From positions 1-61,557 of IMG/VR virus record IMGVR_UViG_3300014165_000002: a DNA stretch of 61,557 nucleotides; one strand, written 5' to 3'. The DNA is from a virus. Taxonomy: Duplodnaviria > Caudoviricetes. Below are positions 19,203 to 29,651 of the stretch, in pieces. Each line of letters starts with the position of its first letter. Position 1 is the stretch's first letter. Made by a program: the position numbers and the translations under genes. The notes beneath the pieces are model-generated. The model was given only the letters and a program-made list of their open reading frames with translations, was not told the DNA's origin and did no database searches.

Positions 19203-21945
19203 GGATAGCCTCTACCTCTTTGCCGTAAGGAAGCTCTTCGAGAGTCTCTGCGGTTTTGCCATGAGAAACCATTGAGCCGAAAGGAAGCTCCTCCAGTTTT
19301 TCCGAGGCATAGCCTTTGCCGCCGAGCGCTGAGCCGAGTGATTGATTGAAGCCCATCGTTTGATTTTTCACCGGCGCCATCTTGCCACGCTCAGCGTCGA
19401 GCTGCTGTAGGATCGGCATGGGATCGACGTTCGGCAGAGCTTCTCTCCAGAGATCAAGATGCTTCTGGTCTCTGTTTTTATCGAGAAGCTGAATCGCAGC
19501 GCCCCAACGGGCTGGGCTCGTTTTTCCACCGCTCGGTAATTCCGGCGGCTGCGCGATGAGCGTGTCCCATTTCTCCTGCGGGACGTCCTTCGGCGCCACC
19601 AAGAACCGCTGTTCGGCCTGCAACTGAGCCGGCGTCGCCTGCTCGCGCGCGGTTCCGAGCGCGCCGATCTTCGCGTCGAGTGCGCCCTGTCGCGCCTCTT
19701 TGAGATAGGGGGCCAAGAACTTGTCCGTGTTTTCGTCGCGCAGAAACTCCGTCGCCTTGCCGTTTTCTTGGGCGACGCGCAGCGCATCGTTGTAGGCCGG
19801 CAGGAATTTCTTGTCGAAGATGTCTTCGCCCTTGCGGTTGACGACTTTGGGCATGCCGGGAAAATCCATACCCTCGTCGAGGCGCAGTTGCCGACGCGCA
19901 TATTGGATTTGCGCATTGAGAACGGAGGCGTATAGCGGCCCGCGGTCGTCTTTCTGCATGGTCTGGAACAGCCCATGCAGCTCGCGATAGCCGGCGGCGG
20001 TGATTTCGTGGTTGGCGAGCATGCGCACGAGATCGCCCGGCGAGCCGAGCCTTTCCGGGTCGCCGTTTTCCTTCGTCATCCGATTGAGGGCGTCGGCGTA
20101 TTTCGGGCCGAAGCGGATCAGGTCGCGCGCCGGCGAATTGTCGGGATCCTGCATGGCGATGTTCCACAGCCACTCGCGCATGTGCGGGTCGGTCAGGCGC
20201 GGGTCGCTGTTGTTGCCGATGACGGAAAGCGCCTTGTCGGCCTGTCCGGTGTGGATCGCGGTAATCAGTTCGTTCGCAACGTCGGAATTGGCCTGCTTCT
20301 GGTCCTTTTCGGTCTGCGCATCGGCGATCTGGCTGGCCGCATAGAGCTTGTGGAATTCGGAAAGCGCCGCATCGCGCGCCTCGGGCGAGGAATATTCCCG
20401 ATTGAGCAGCGATTGATAGGCATCGGCCCGCACAAGTTCCTGATGGTGCGGAATGTCGGCAAAGAGCGCCGGCGGCGCTTCTGGCGGTGAGGATGGCCCT
20501 TGTTGCGGGGTGACCGCGGCGGCGTTGCGGCCGGAATAAAAAACGGCGTTGGAAAGTCCGATCGGCGGCGCGACGCTCGACGTGCGATTGAATTTGTTGA
20601 CCCACATGGATGTGAAAGCCGCGGCCGGCGCGTTCGGGTCGCCGCCATTGCCCTTGATCGACTTCACCGCAATATCGGGGCTGACGCCAGCGAGCGTCAA
20701 GGCTTTCGCCGCTGGCAGGCTCGGATTCGAGAGCAAGGCTTTCGCGCCAGCCGGCCCTTGCTGGTGCGCCAGATAAAGCTCCGCATCGGTCGGGTCGCGC
20801 CCCAGCGCGCTCGCCAAGATCGGACGGTCGTGCGCCGACGAGCGCGCCAGCGCGAAGGTCGAATCGGTCAAGTTGAATTTCGAGCCGCCGCCGCCGAAGG
20901 CGCTCCAATATTTGTCGCTGGCCTGGATGTAGCCTTCGTGCGCGGAGCCAGCCCCGGCGTTGGCCTTGCCGGAGCTTTCAATCATGATGGTGCGGGCAAT
21001 CCCGGCCGGGGCCATGCCGCCGGGAATGTTCATCGCCGCTTGCTGGAAGATCGGATTGCGCGGGTTCGTCGCGAAATTGTTGGCGCGCGACGTGTCGAAA
21101 GCCTGCTGTGCGACGCCGGCGCCTTCGGCGTGCGCGGCGCGCGACCGCAGCGAATTCGCAACCTCGTCGTAATGCAGGCCGAGGTCGCCCTTGTGATCGT
21201 CCGCCATTTTGGCGGCGCGATCCGGCTCCTTGACGCCGATCGACTCGATGCGGGTTTTCCAGGCCGAAGCCTTGATGGCGGTGAGCGCGGCGTTGCGCTC
21301 TTCGTCGCCGCCGCCGGCAAGATGCACGTTCTTGTCGCTCGCGGCCTGCAAATCGGCGAGGCGATGTTTGAACAGGTCGTCGTTGTCCGGCTCGCGCGCG
21401 ATGTCGGTCAGGTTCGTCGCGACGGCCGCCTTGTTGACGCCGACGGCCCAAGTCTTCCCTTCCTGCTCGTAGTGCGTGCCGAGCCGGGCCAAGGCGTCGG
21501 CGCGCATTCTCGCCGAAAACCGATCGAATTCGATTTGTGACTTCGGCGTTGGCAGATTGTCGCGCGTCTCCTTGATGGCCTGATCGACCTGATCCACGGT
21601 CGGCTTGTAGGCGTGCATGGCGTCGGCGCCGCGCTTGCCCAGAAAGCCAGTGTCGGGATTGCCGTCGGGGCCAACCGAATTTGGATCGCCGTATTTCAGC
21701 TTGTCGAGGCGATCTTGGAGCTTGTTCGCTCCGTCATCCATCGCGACTTGGCCGTAGAAATTTGCGAGGTTCAGCGCCTCGTTGCCGACATGCTCGGTCG
21801 TGGCGCCAAGCTGCTCGAGCGCGCGGCCCGTTCCGGCCCCGAACGTCTCCGGCGACGTCTGGATGCTCTGGCGCGCGCCGACGACTTCCGGCGTCACTTC
21901 GGCTGGAGCCGCTTGGTCGGAAAACTGATAGGGAGCGCGCGCCAT
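19189..21945 (-). CDS. Internal virion protein with a lytic transglycosylase-like domain
   Basis: IESSGKANA and ELYLAHQQGPAGA motifs; ejection-gene position. Confidence 0.8.
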   Translation of the reverse strand: MARAPYQFSDQAAPAEVTPEVVGARQSIQTSPETFGAGTGRALEQLGATTEHVGNEALNLANFYGQVAMDDGANKLQDRLDKLKYGDPNSVGPDGNPDTGFLGKRGADAMHAYKPTVDQVDQAIKETRDNLPTPKSQIEFDRFSARMRADALARLGTHYEQEGKTWAVGVNKAAVATNLTDIAREPDNDDLFKHRLADLQAASDKNVHLAGGGDEERNAALTAIKASAWKTRIESIGVKEPDRAAKMADDHKGDLGLHYDEVANSLRSRAAHAEGAGVAQQAFDTSRANNFATNPRNPIFQQAAMNIPGGMAPAGIARTIMIESSGKANAGAGSAHEGYIQASDKYWSAFGGGGSKFNLTDSTFALARSSAHDRPILASALGRDPTDAELYLAHQQGPAGAKALLSNPSLPAAKALTLAGVSPDIAVKSIKGNGGDPNAPAAAFTSMWVNKFNRTSSVAPPIGLSNAVFYSGRNAAAVTPQQGPSSPPEAPPALFADIPHHQELVRADAYQSLLNREYSSPEARDAALSEFHKLYAASQIADAQTEKDQKQANSDVANELITAIHTGQADKALSVIGNNSDPRLTDPHMREWLWNIAMQDPDNSPARDLIRFGPKYADALNRMTKENGDPERLGSPGDLVRMLANHEITAAGYRELHGLFQTMQKDDRGPLYASVLNAQIQYARRQLRLDEGMDFPGMPKVVNRKGEDIFDKKFLPAYNDALRVAQENGKATEFLRDENTDKFLAPYLKEARQGALDAKIGALGTAREQATPAQLQAEQRFLVAPKDVPQEKWDTLIAQPPELPSGGKTSPARWGAAIQLLDKNRDQKHLDLWREALPNVDPMPILQQLDAERGKMAPVKNQTMGFNQSLGSALGGKGYASEKLEELPFGSMVSHGKTAETLEELPYGKEVEAIRGQR

Positions 21946-22526
21946 CAGGATACCCCGAACATGCCCAGGGCCTTATTGCCGAGAGCTTGCGCCTGCCCAA
22001 GCAATCCCGTCCCTGCTCCCTGGTTTCCGAATGCCGTCGCGCCGGTGGCGAGTCCGCCCAATTCGTCGACGGCCTGCGCCGTCTCGCCGGCTGCGATCTG
22101 GTTCTTGCCGGTCATCTGGTCCATCTCCGCCTGCGCGACGTCGTTCGACGCCTGCACGCGATAGCCCCAGGCGCGCTCCTGCGCGTTGTTCATCGTGGTT
22201 TCGGTCGCGAGTTGCCCCATTTCGCGCGCCGACGATTGCACGTTGAGGGCGGAGCCGCTGTTGACGTCGATCCCGCTGGCCCCTTGAGCCGCCTTGATCG
22301 AGCCGACATTGGCCGCGGATTTCATGCTGGTGTTTTGGGCGGCTATCGCCCCCGATTGCAGGGTTCGGTCTGCGGCCTCATTCGCGAGGATGGCGTTGTT
22401 GGCGGCGACGATCGCTTGGTAATTGCTGGACATGGCGGAGGCGGTCGCCGACTGCATCGCGCCGGCGCCCTTCGCAAAGCCGCCGGCTACGTTCAGAATT
22501 CCGCCAATCGGGCCGAGAAAGCTCAT
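21945..22526 (-). CDS. Small ejection (internal virion) protein
   Basis: Ala/Gly/Gln-rich; AAQGASGIDVNSGSAL motif. Confidence 0.75.
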   Translation of the reverse strand: MSFLGPIGGILNVAGGFAKGAGAMQSATASAMSSNYQAIVAANNAILANEAADRTLQSGAIAAQNTSMKSAANVGSIKAAQGASGIDVNSGSALNVQSSAREMGQLATETTMNNAQERAWGYRVQASNDVAQAEMDQMTGKNQIAAGETAQAVDELGGLATGATAFGNQGAGTGLLGQAQALGNKALGMFGVS

Positions 22527-22984
22527 CGAGCGGGTTTCCTATGCCACATCAAAATTGCGCCCTCTGGAACCCACTCGGGCTGATCGCTTACGGCCTCAAA
22601 CTGCAAAAACTCCACCCAACGCATCGACGCTGCGTCGCTTGGGACCATCAGCGTCGTCACTTCATGCCGCGTTTCCATGATCTCCGCAAGTTGTCGCCTT
22701 GCGGTGAGCGCGGTTTGACGGGGATAGGCCGCCACGGCATCGGAAAGCGCCAGCCAGACGAAGCCGGTCGAGGAAATCGCCGGCCCCGTCACTCCGCCGA
22801 GGGCCGCGAGCTTGCCGTCGATCGTCCACGCGCGCTTGAAGGAAGATTCCCCGAAGCGGGCACGGAGCTCCGCGTGAGACCGAATTCCGATCGACGCCAA
22901 GGCGCCCGCCTGCGCGCGCCGCAGCTTGCGGATCATTTGGCCTACGTGCCATGGTTTGGCGTCGATGAGACGGAATTCAGCCAC
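22523..22984 (-). CDS. GNAT-like tail-associated protein (T7 gp13-like position)
   Basis: GTG start after GGAGG; VWL...SMRWVEFLQF; follows the nozzle gene. Confidence 0.6.
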   Translation of the reverse strand: MAEFRLIDAKPWHVGQMIRKLRRAQAGALASIGIRSHAELRARFGESSFKRAWTIDGKLAALGGVTGPAISSTGFVWLALSDAVAAYPRQTALTARRQLAEIMETRHEVTTLMVPSDAASMRWVEFLQFEAVSDQPEWVPEGAILMWHRKPAR

Positions 22985-25900
22985 CTTGCCTCCCCGGCTT
23001 CGCCGCCTGTTCAGGCTCGTCCGCCTCCCAAACATCCGAGATGAGGGCCAGCACATTGAGCGGGAGCGGCAAATTCTGCGCGATGGCGATTTGCCCGGGG
23101 CTTTCCCAATCGCCCTGGATGGGGAGTCTCACGTCACCCGTGTAAAGCGGCGGCGTCGCCGAACCATAGGGCGGCTGCGCATATTGATATGTCGGGGCCT
23201 GCATGGCGAACCACGGCGGGGCCAACTGCGGCGGGCTGAGCGTCGAACCGTCGATTTGGTTTGTGCCCATGGTGAAGCCGTAGGACAATTCGACGCGCGC
23301 CGTGATCGCGGGCTCTTTCTTGCGACGGCCCTGCACCGTCACGCCGCCCGCGTCCTGATCGTAGACACTCTGGATCTGCACGGGGAAGGCGAGGCCGACG
23401 ACAATATTGCTGGCTGCGGTCGCCAGCGTCAGCGAGCCGCTGGCCGAAACCATGGTCGACGGGATCGGCGCGCCATCGGCGGTCCCGGTCACCGTCGCAC
23501 CGGCAAGGTGCCAAAGGCCGCTGATGGTGGTTGTCGGCGCGGTCAGCGTCCACGCGCCGGCCGCGGCTTGCAGCGGCAGGACGCTGGAGACGAAGGGGAC
23601 AAGCACGGTCGCCGTGACGGTCTGCGAATTGACGTAGCCGGTGATGACGGCCTTTCCGCCGTTCATCCGCACGACGCTGCCGATGCTTCCAGCCGAGAAC
23701 ACGGCGGCGCTGGCGGAGAGCGTCGTTTGATCGTTGACCGTGCATGTGGCCGAAAAGCCTGAGCCCTGCCCTGACGGATCGTTGACCGAAACTTGCGGAT
23801 TGGCGTAGGCGGCTCCTCCGGCGGGGAAGGAAACCGCGGTAATGACGCCGCCGACGATGGTCAGACGCACGGTGGCGCCGCTTCCGGGCCCACCGTCGAC
23901 GTCGGAAACGACGCCATAGGTGGCCGCGCCGTAATTTTGGCCGCCGACGAGGTCCGCGACGCCGAGAAGGGCTCCTGTTGTCGCCGATGCGGAGATCGAA
24001 GCGGCAGGCGTCGGCTGAGCAAGCGACAATCCGGCGTCGACGCACCACGAATTTTCATTCGTCGTCCACAGGCGGTTGTCGAACCGCTCGATCATATAGG
24101 ACGTCTGGCCGTTTATCGTGCGCTGGGTCGCGGCATACAGCGCGTCGACGGGCGGTTCGGTCACCGAACAGACGCTCTGGTAGAGCCCTTGCGTATCGTG
24201 GCGCGCCCAGCCGTTTATCTCCTGTGCCGGCAGGAAGGTGTTGCTGAGCAGCACGCCGTCGTTGCGCACAGCCCAGATGATCTTGAACGGTTCTTCGCAA
24301 TAGGCGTGGGCAACTATGGTATATCCATTAAACAATTGCGGCGAGTAGATGGTTTGATCCGCCCCCGTATAAATATTCGTGAAGAAATTATAAGACAAAA
24401 GCCTGTAAATGGAGCCCTTAGCCTGCACATACAGGATGTAGTTCTCTATGCGAAGCGGTGGAATTAGCGGGCTGCAGCCATTATAGGCTTGCGGCGTCGC
24501 CTGCTGGCTCGACGGGGTGATAGGCGATCCAGCGCCGCCGGTTCCAGAAATCTGCCACGCCGCCACGCCAGTCAGCACGACGAGACCGCCGGGCATGGGA
24601 ACTGTGAATTGGATGCCGTTCACTTCCTGCGCCCAGGGCGTTCCGGTGATGGCGTCGCTGTCGATCGTCGGAATGCGATAGTCGAAATTCTTGTAAGCGC
24701 CGGGTTGAGACAGCCAATAGGTGTCGGGTTCGTTGATCGTGGAGGCGTAGCCGCGCCGCTCTTGGAAGTAGAACGGCACTGCCGGATATGTGCCGCTCTG
24801 CGCGCCGACTTGCAGCGTCGCCGACGGCAGGACCATCGTTTGCCCGGAGACGGCCGTCCCCAAGAAACTGATGATGTCGCCCGGCTGATAATTCTGCCCT
24901 GGGTCTTGCACGATATAGCCGACAAGCTGATTGCCGACGAGGATCAGGTCAATCTCCGCGCCTGTGCCGTTCACCGTGGCGATGGAGTATGAGATCGTGG
25001 CGATTTCAGAACCGCCGGAGACGATCGAAAGCCCCGTGATTTGCCCGCGCGAAAACGGGTTCTGATGCAGCGGCGGGACTTGCGCGTCGTCGGCGACGAT
25101 GTTCAAGTCGATGAATTGCGTCCCGTAAGCCGAGCCGGCGAAGCCGAACAGCGCACCAGGCGGCGGCGGCGCATTGTAGCCCGGCATCGCCTTGTAAATG
25201 TTGTATTCGTTGACGCCAGACACCTGAGACCATGTGACCGTGATCGAACCGGCCGTCGCGGTGATGTTGACCGCGTTGGCGACGTTGGCGATCGGCGATG
25301 CGACGCTTTCGGTTCCGTCAGCCGGATTGACCGCCGTGACGACATATTGATAATAAATCGACCCGCTGGACGATGCCGTCGCGCCGGCGGACGCGGGCGG
25401 CGAGACGCTCGGGGTCGTGTTGAGCACAGTAACCGACCAATTCGAATAGCTGTTCCGAGAGATGTCGAACGGCGAATATTCGGTCAGCGTCTTCTGGTTC
25501 ACGCAGCACAACGACAAATCGTCCGCCGATTGCGTGAATTTCAACCACGGCAGATCCTGCTCGCCCCAAGGGGTTTGCAGCGTGTAAAGCCTCGCGATGC
25601 TTCCATTGCCGGAGAACGCGCCATAAGCGGTCGAATCGATCGGCGAGCCGAAGACATCGTAGAGCGAATATTGGTTCGAGCCGAGCGGGGTGACGACTAC
25701 CGTCCTTCCGTTCAGCTGCGTCATGCCGCCGATGCCTTGCAGGAAGACCCAATCTCCAGCGTTGAAAAGCGAGCCGGAAGAAAACGCGACGTTGAACTCC
25801 GCGCCGAGGCCAGTGCCGCTCGACGATCCTTGCAAAACCGGGTTTGTGGGCGCGGTCGTGTAAACGCCGCCCTGCGTAACGCTGACAGCGGCAGGCCCGA

Positions 25901-26918
25901 AGACGGAGCCCGAGAACGTCGCGCCGGCGCCGCCGCCGCTCGTCAATTGCTGCGTGAATGCGCCGCCGACGGCGTTCGTGGTGAAAAGGCCGGGATTGAG
26001 GACGGAAACTGTCGCCACTCCCATTTGGATGACCAGCTTCGCGCCGCTCAAGCCGCCGCCCGTGACTGGTTCGACATAGGCGTAATAGGGGTAGCCGGTG
26101 AAGGTCGGATTGGCAGTGTAGGAGCCCGCGAGGGATATCGAATTCACGGCCGTAATGCCGCCGCCGACGCCGATGGTGACACTGGCCTGAAATTTCGTTC
26201 CGGTTCCCGTCGTCCCGGTCACCGTCGCCGAGCCGGGCGTCCCGCCAGTCCCCGGGGCAAAGTCGGCGGCGGCGGCGGCGATGACTTTGGTGGTCTGGAC
26301 AATCACCTGCGGAGGGACCGTGTCGATGCCGCCGGAAAGAGTGATCGTGTCGCCCGGGACGTAGCCAAGATAACTGCCGCCCAGCGTCGTATTGCCGGGG
26401 TTGTTGACGGCCGTGCTCAACAAGAGCGTGTCGATCACGGTCAACTGCCCGGCGACCGAAAACACGCCCCCGGCCAGCGTGATGACCTCGCCCGGCGCAT
26501 AGCTCGCCGTGACGATGCCGTTGATCGGGGTCGCGCTCGAAACCGAATAGGACGCGATCGTAATTACGCAGGGAGAGGCTTGCGACGCGCCGATGACGGC
26601 CAGGGCCGGCTCGAGCACGAAGCCGCCGTTGACGATCGGACGCATGTAGAAATTGCCGAATTCGAGCGCAATTCCTTGATTTATCGAAAATTGGAAAGAG
26701 ATCAGCCGCGGCGGGTAGGCTCGTCCGGTCTGCTTCGAATAGCCGACGAATTCCGACCCCGCGCGAGAATAGGCGCCGCCGCGGTAGCTGACGAAGGCGT
26801 TTCGGCACGTCGCCAACCCCACATGCAGCTTGGCGATGTCCGTGCGCCCGAACAGCGCCGGTCCGACCTCGCCGGCCGAAAACGCCGGTTGGATCTTCGG
26901 CTTCGTGCCTTGGTCCAT
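22977..26918 (-). CDS. Tail tubular protein B / nozzle with Gly-rich inserted domains
   Basis: FSAGEVGP.L.GRTD, RLISFQFS, FTQSAD, YP...FYFQER, GWARHDT. Confidence 0.85.
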   Translation of the reverse strand: MDQGTKPKIQPAFSAGEVGPALFGRTDIAKLHVGLATCRNAFVSYRGGAYSRAGSEFVGYSKQTGRAYPPRLISFQFSINQGIALEFGNFYMRPIVNGGFVLEPALAVIGASQASPCVITIASYSVSSATPINGIVTASYAPGEVITLAGGVFSVAGQLTVIDTLLLSTAVNNPGNTTLGGSYLGYVPGDTITLSGGIDTVPPQVIVQTTKVIAAAAADFAPGTGGTPGSATVTGTTGTGTKFQASVTIGVGGGITAVNSISLAGSYTANPTFTGYPYYAYVEPVTGGGLSGAKLVIQMGVATVSVLNPGLFTTNAVGGAFTQQLTSGGGAGATFSGSVFGPAAVSVTQGGVYTTAPTNPVLQGSSSGTGLGAEFNVAFSSGSLFNAGDWVFLQGIGGMTQLNGRTVVVTPLGSNQYSLYDVFGSPIDSTAYGAFSGNGSIARLYTLQTPWGEQDLPWLKFTQSADDLSLCCVNQKTLTEYSPFDISRNSYSNWSVTVLNTTPSVSPPASAGATASSSGSIYYQYVVTAVNPADGTESVASPIANVANAVNITATAGSITVTWSQVSGVNEYNIYKAMPGYNAPPPPGALFGFAGSAYGTQFIDLNIVADDAQVPPLHQNPFSRGQITGLSIVSGGSEIATISYSIATVNGTGAEIDLILVGNQLVGYIVQDPGQNYQPGDIISFLGTAVSGQTMVLPSATLQVGAQSGTYPAVPFYFQERRGYASTINEPDTYWLSQPGAYKNFDYRIPTIDSDAITGTPWAQEVNGIQFTVPMPGGLVVLTGVAAWQISGTGGAGSPITPSSQQATPQAYNGCSPLIPPLRIENYILYVQAKGSIYRLLSYNFFTNIYTGADQTIYSPQLFNGYTIVAHAYCEEPFKIIWAVRNDGVLLSNTFLPAQEINGWARHDTQGLYQSVCSVTEPPVDALYAATQRTINGQTSYMIERFDNRLWTTNENSWCVDAGLSLAQPTPAASISASATTGALLGVADLVGGQNYGAATYGVVSDVDGGPGSGATVRLTIVGGVITAVSFPAGGAAYANPQVSVNDPSGQGSGFSATCTVNDQTTLSASAAVFSAGSIGSVVRMNGGKAVITGYVNSQTVTATVLVPFVSSVLPLQAAAGAWTLTAPTTTISGLWHLAGATVTGTADGAPIPSTMVSASGSLTLATAASNIVVGLAFPVQIQSVYDQDAGGVTVQGRRKKEPAITARVELSYGFTMGTNQIDGSTLSPPQLAPPWFAMQAPTYQYAQPPYGSATPPLYTGDVRLPIQGDWESPGQIAIAQNLPLPLNVLALISDVWEADEPEQAAKPGRQGG

Positions 26919-27820
26919 CAGTAGACCCCGCCGTCGGAGAAGCCGACGCCGTCCCAGCCCACGTCATAGCGTTCGCCGCGCGGGCCGAACCACGGGTCTT
27001 GCCATTGCTCGCCGCGGCGCGTGGTGATCCAGTCGACGGAAATATCGTTCGATTGCCAGCCTTCGTTGCCGTTGGCGACGCGCGCGATGTCGAGTTTCGC
27101 CTTGGCTATGGCGATCTGCTCCCGGCGCAGCGCCATGCCGGTTTTGACGTCCGGCGCCAGTTTCAATGCGACGCAACTCGCCAGATAGGCCACCATCGCA
27201 GCGCGAAAGAGATCGTCCCACCGTTGCGGTTCGAGCACGATTTCCGTGTAGCAAAGCTCGGCTTGATAGATGTCGGTCAAGATGACGGTTCGCCCCATGT
27301 TGCCGACGCCGGGGATTGCCCAAAGCTCTTGGCCGGCCGCAGGCGGATAGTTGACGTCCGACGATAGGATGAACTTGGCCGGGCGCAGCCGCCGCGTTTG
27401 TGGCAAGCCGACGGGGTTGGCGTTCGTAGTTGCGGCCGCAGGCGGCAGTTCGACCAGGCCATTGCCCCAGATCGACGGCGCCGCGTAATTGCCGGCGATC
27501 AAATTCGGGGAAAGGCCGTTGTGCGGGACGAAGCGCGCCTTGGCGCAATCGGTCGGCAGAGCATATTCGTAAAGCCACGGCTTAACGACGGCGACCCCGA
27601 CATTCGCGGTGTTGCCCGTGGCGTCGGCAAGCATTGTGAGCGGCGCTATCTTGCGGGCCATATCCCAATGAGCGCCGCGCAACATTTGGCGCAGGCACGT
27701 CCAATAATGGCGTATTAGAATGCGCGCCTCGAAGGAACCCTCTTCGATGTCGCCGATCGTGATCTTTGATCCTACGGCGTCGAGCGCCTCGTTGCAAATG
27801 TCCGTCGGAGTAAAGCTCAC
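26918..27820 (-). CDS. Tail tubular protein A / adaptor, paralogue 1
   Basis: DICNEAL...HWDMARK...WLYEYALPTDC. Confidence 0.8.
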   Translation of the reverse strand: MSFTPTDICNEALDAVGSKITIGDIEEGSFEARILIRHYWTCLRQMLRGAHWDMARKIAPLTMLADATGNTANVGVAVVKPWLYEYALPTDCAKARFVPHNGLSPNLIAGNYAAPSIWGNGLVELPPAAATTNANPVGLPQTRRLRPAKFILSSDVNYPPAAGQELWAIPGVGNMGRTVILTDIYQAELCYTEIVLEPQRWDDLFRAAMVAYLASCVALKLAPDVKTGMALRREQIAIAKAKLDIARVANGNEGWQSNDISVDWITTRRGEQWQDPWFGPRGERYDVGWDGVGFSDGGVY

Positions 27821-27951
27821 CTTTGCCTCGCGTATTTACCGAAATATCTTTCGGCGACTTCCATATACGCATTTGACGCATCATTTATGCTGTCGTAGCA
27901 GCCGATGTGATCGGTTCCAGCCGAGGCGGCTTCCGCTTTTATAGCACAGGC

Positions 27952-28575
27952 TTAACCAGCCTGACACACGTCTGCCTCGCCAGTCGCGCGCATTTCATTC
28001 TCGGCTGCGACCTTTGCCGCTTCCATATCGGATAGCATGGGAGCCAGTCGGCGCGCCAAAGCTTCAGCGAGCGCTTCGACGAAATCCGCATCGAAGGTCG
28101 TCGGATCGGTCAGCCGGCCACTGTAAGTCGCCACGACGGTTGGCCCCACATTGGTCAGGATCGTCTTGGCGGCGGGCGTCAGTTGGTCGTCATTGGTGAC
28201 GCTGAAACGGTTCTCGCGCGGGTCGTAATTGACCAAGAATAAGCCGACGGCCCGAATCGAGCGGATGCGCAGCGAGTCGGACGGGTATTGATATTCGAAT
28301 TTATACGGCAATGGCGGGTTCGTGGCCGGGTTCCATTGTGTCGGCGGGACATAGCCTCCAGCGGGCGCCTGCTTCAGCAGCACGAGAGCAGTGTCGCGGC
28401 GGGCGAAAGGCCAATCCTGCGTGCGGAGAAGATCGTCGCGGGTTTGCCCGAAAATATCAAGAGACGCCTTCGATTCGCGCGAGCCCTCCCATATCGAGTT
28501 GATGCGACGCGGGACCTTGATGCGGCCGAGCGCCAGATTGATGATGCCCTCCGGGCTGGTGATGCTGCTCGTCAT
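27952..28575 (-). CDS. Tail tubular protein A / adaptor, paralogue 2
   Basis: IINLAL...DWPFARR...YKFEYQYPSDSLRI...FDADFVEAL..ALA. Confidence 0.75.
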   Translation of the reverse strand: MTSSITSPEGIINLALGRIKVPRRINSIWEGSRESKASLDIFGQTRDDLLRTQDWPFARRDTALVLLKQAPAGGYVPPTQWNPATNPPLPYKFEYQYPSDSLRIRSIRAVGLFLVNYDPRENRFSVTNDDQLTPAAKTILTNVGPTVVATYSGRLTDPTTFDADFVEALAEALARRLAPMLSDMEAAKVAAENEMRATGEADVCQAG

Positions 28576-29144
28576 GCGTCGCCCCGCGCCACGGCCATCG
28601 CGAGCTCTTGAATCGCCTCTTCGTTGAGCCCTTGCGCGGTTTCGGGCTTGGACAGGGCGAAGGCGAGATCGCGCCCCAAGCGCCGCACGACGGCCTCGTG
28701 CAAGCCGGCATCCCAAATCGCTTCCGTCGGGGCGATCGTGTAGGAGCCGCGAGCATTCTTCACGTTCGTCCAAATCACCTTGGTCATGACCTCGGCAAGT
28801 TGGTTGTTTCCAACGTTCCAGAACTGAGGCAGAGGGTCGTTTGGATCGACGATCGCCGCAGGCATGAGTTGCAGAAATTGAACGCAGTTGGCCGGGTAGA
28901 GATATTCGTAGGCGAACGGCGTCGGCGCGCCGCCGCCGCTCAGCACAAGCGCAATCCCGATCTGTTTCGCGCATTCAAACGGGTATTGGCGCAGCACGGC
29001 GGCGACGCAAGGCTGGTAGATGCGCTGAAGGATAAGCCCGACGGTCGAATTGTCGAACGTCGGGGCGAAGCCGGTGACGGCTACTTTGTTCCAGCCGGTG
29101 GCGACCAGAGCCTCATTCGCGATGTCCTGGCTGGTGGTCGCCAT
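28572..29144 (-). CDS. Tail tubular protein A / adaptor, paralogue 3
   Basis: DIANEAL...YPFECA...FAYEYLYPANC...WDAGLHEAV. Confidence 0.7.
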   Translation of the reverse strand: MATTSQDIANEALVATGWNKVAVTGFAPTFDNSTVGLILQRIYQPCVAAVLRQYPFECAKQIGIALVLSGGGAPTPFAYEYLYPANCVQFLQLMPAAIVDPNDPLPQFWNVGNNQLAEVMTKVIWTNVKNARGSYTIAPTEAIWDAGLHEAVVRRLGRDLAFALSKPETAQGLNEEAIQELAMAVARGDA

Positions 29145-29151
29145 TTGTCCC

Positions 29152-29637
29152 TTATTTTTCGAAAGAGGGAACGATGACTTTCAACGCGGCGAGAACCTCG
29201 ATCGGGATTTGATTCTTGTCGAGGGCGAGGTCGGCCTCGGTCAGTTCGACGATGTCGACGGCGATTTTTCTCACTTCGGAAGTCGCGATTTCCTTGTCGA
29301 CGAGGGTGCGCGCGCCAATGGCGCAGTTGGCGCGTTCGGTCCCGTTCGGGCAAATGTCGCGGATCACAGCTTGCATTTCGGCAATCGGCCCATGCGTTGC
29401 GTCCGTCAGGCGGATGAGATCGTGCGCCAGCGATGCGCGTGTGGCGGGCGAAAGATCATAGGGGGCCGGCGTCGATTTGTCCTGGCCGCCCTCCTTGATG
29501 ACTTTCGTTGTCCCGGCGGAAATCGCCTTGATCGCGGAAATCGCGGCGATGGCGTCGGCCATGGCGATCTGACGTGACTCGGCGCAGACTGGAGTGGCGA
29601 TGAGGCAAACGATGGCGACGATGGCGATCTTTTTCAT
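29152..29637 (-). CDS. Secreted hypothetical protein (possible fibre chaperone)
   Basis: GGAG RBS; MKKIAIVAIVCLIATPVCA|ES signal peptide. Confidence 0.65.
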   Translation of the reverse strand: MKKIAIVAIVCLIATPVCAESRQIAMADAIAAISAIKAISAGTTKVIKEGGQDKSTPAPYDLSPATRASLAHDLIRLTDATHGPIAEMQAVIRDICPNGTERANCAIGARTLVDKEIATSEVRKIAVDIVELTEADLALDKNQIPIEVLAALKVIVPSFEK

Positions 29638-29651
29638 AGGTTCTCCTTGCG

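Noticed and set aside
25041-26967. Long alternative ORFs (627 aa +, 549 aa -) over the nozzle gene
   Set aside because: Arg-rich shadow frames typical of high-GC codon bias; no motifs, unlike the intein-nested ORFs
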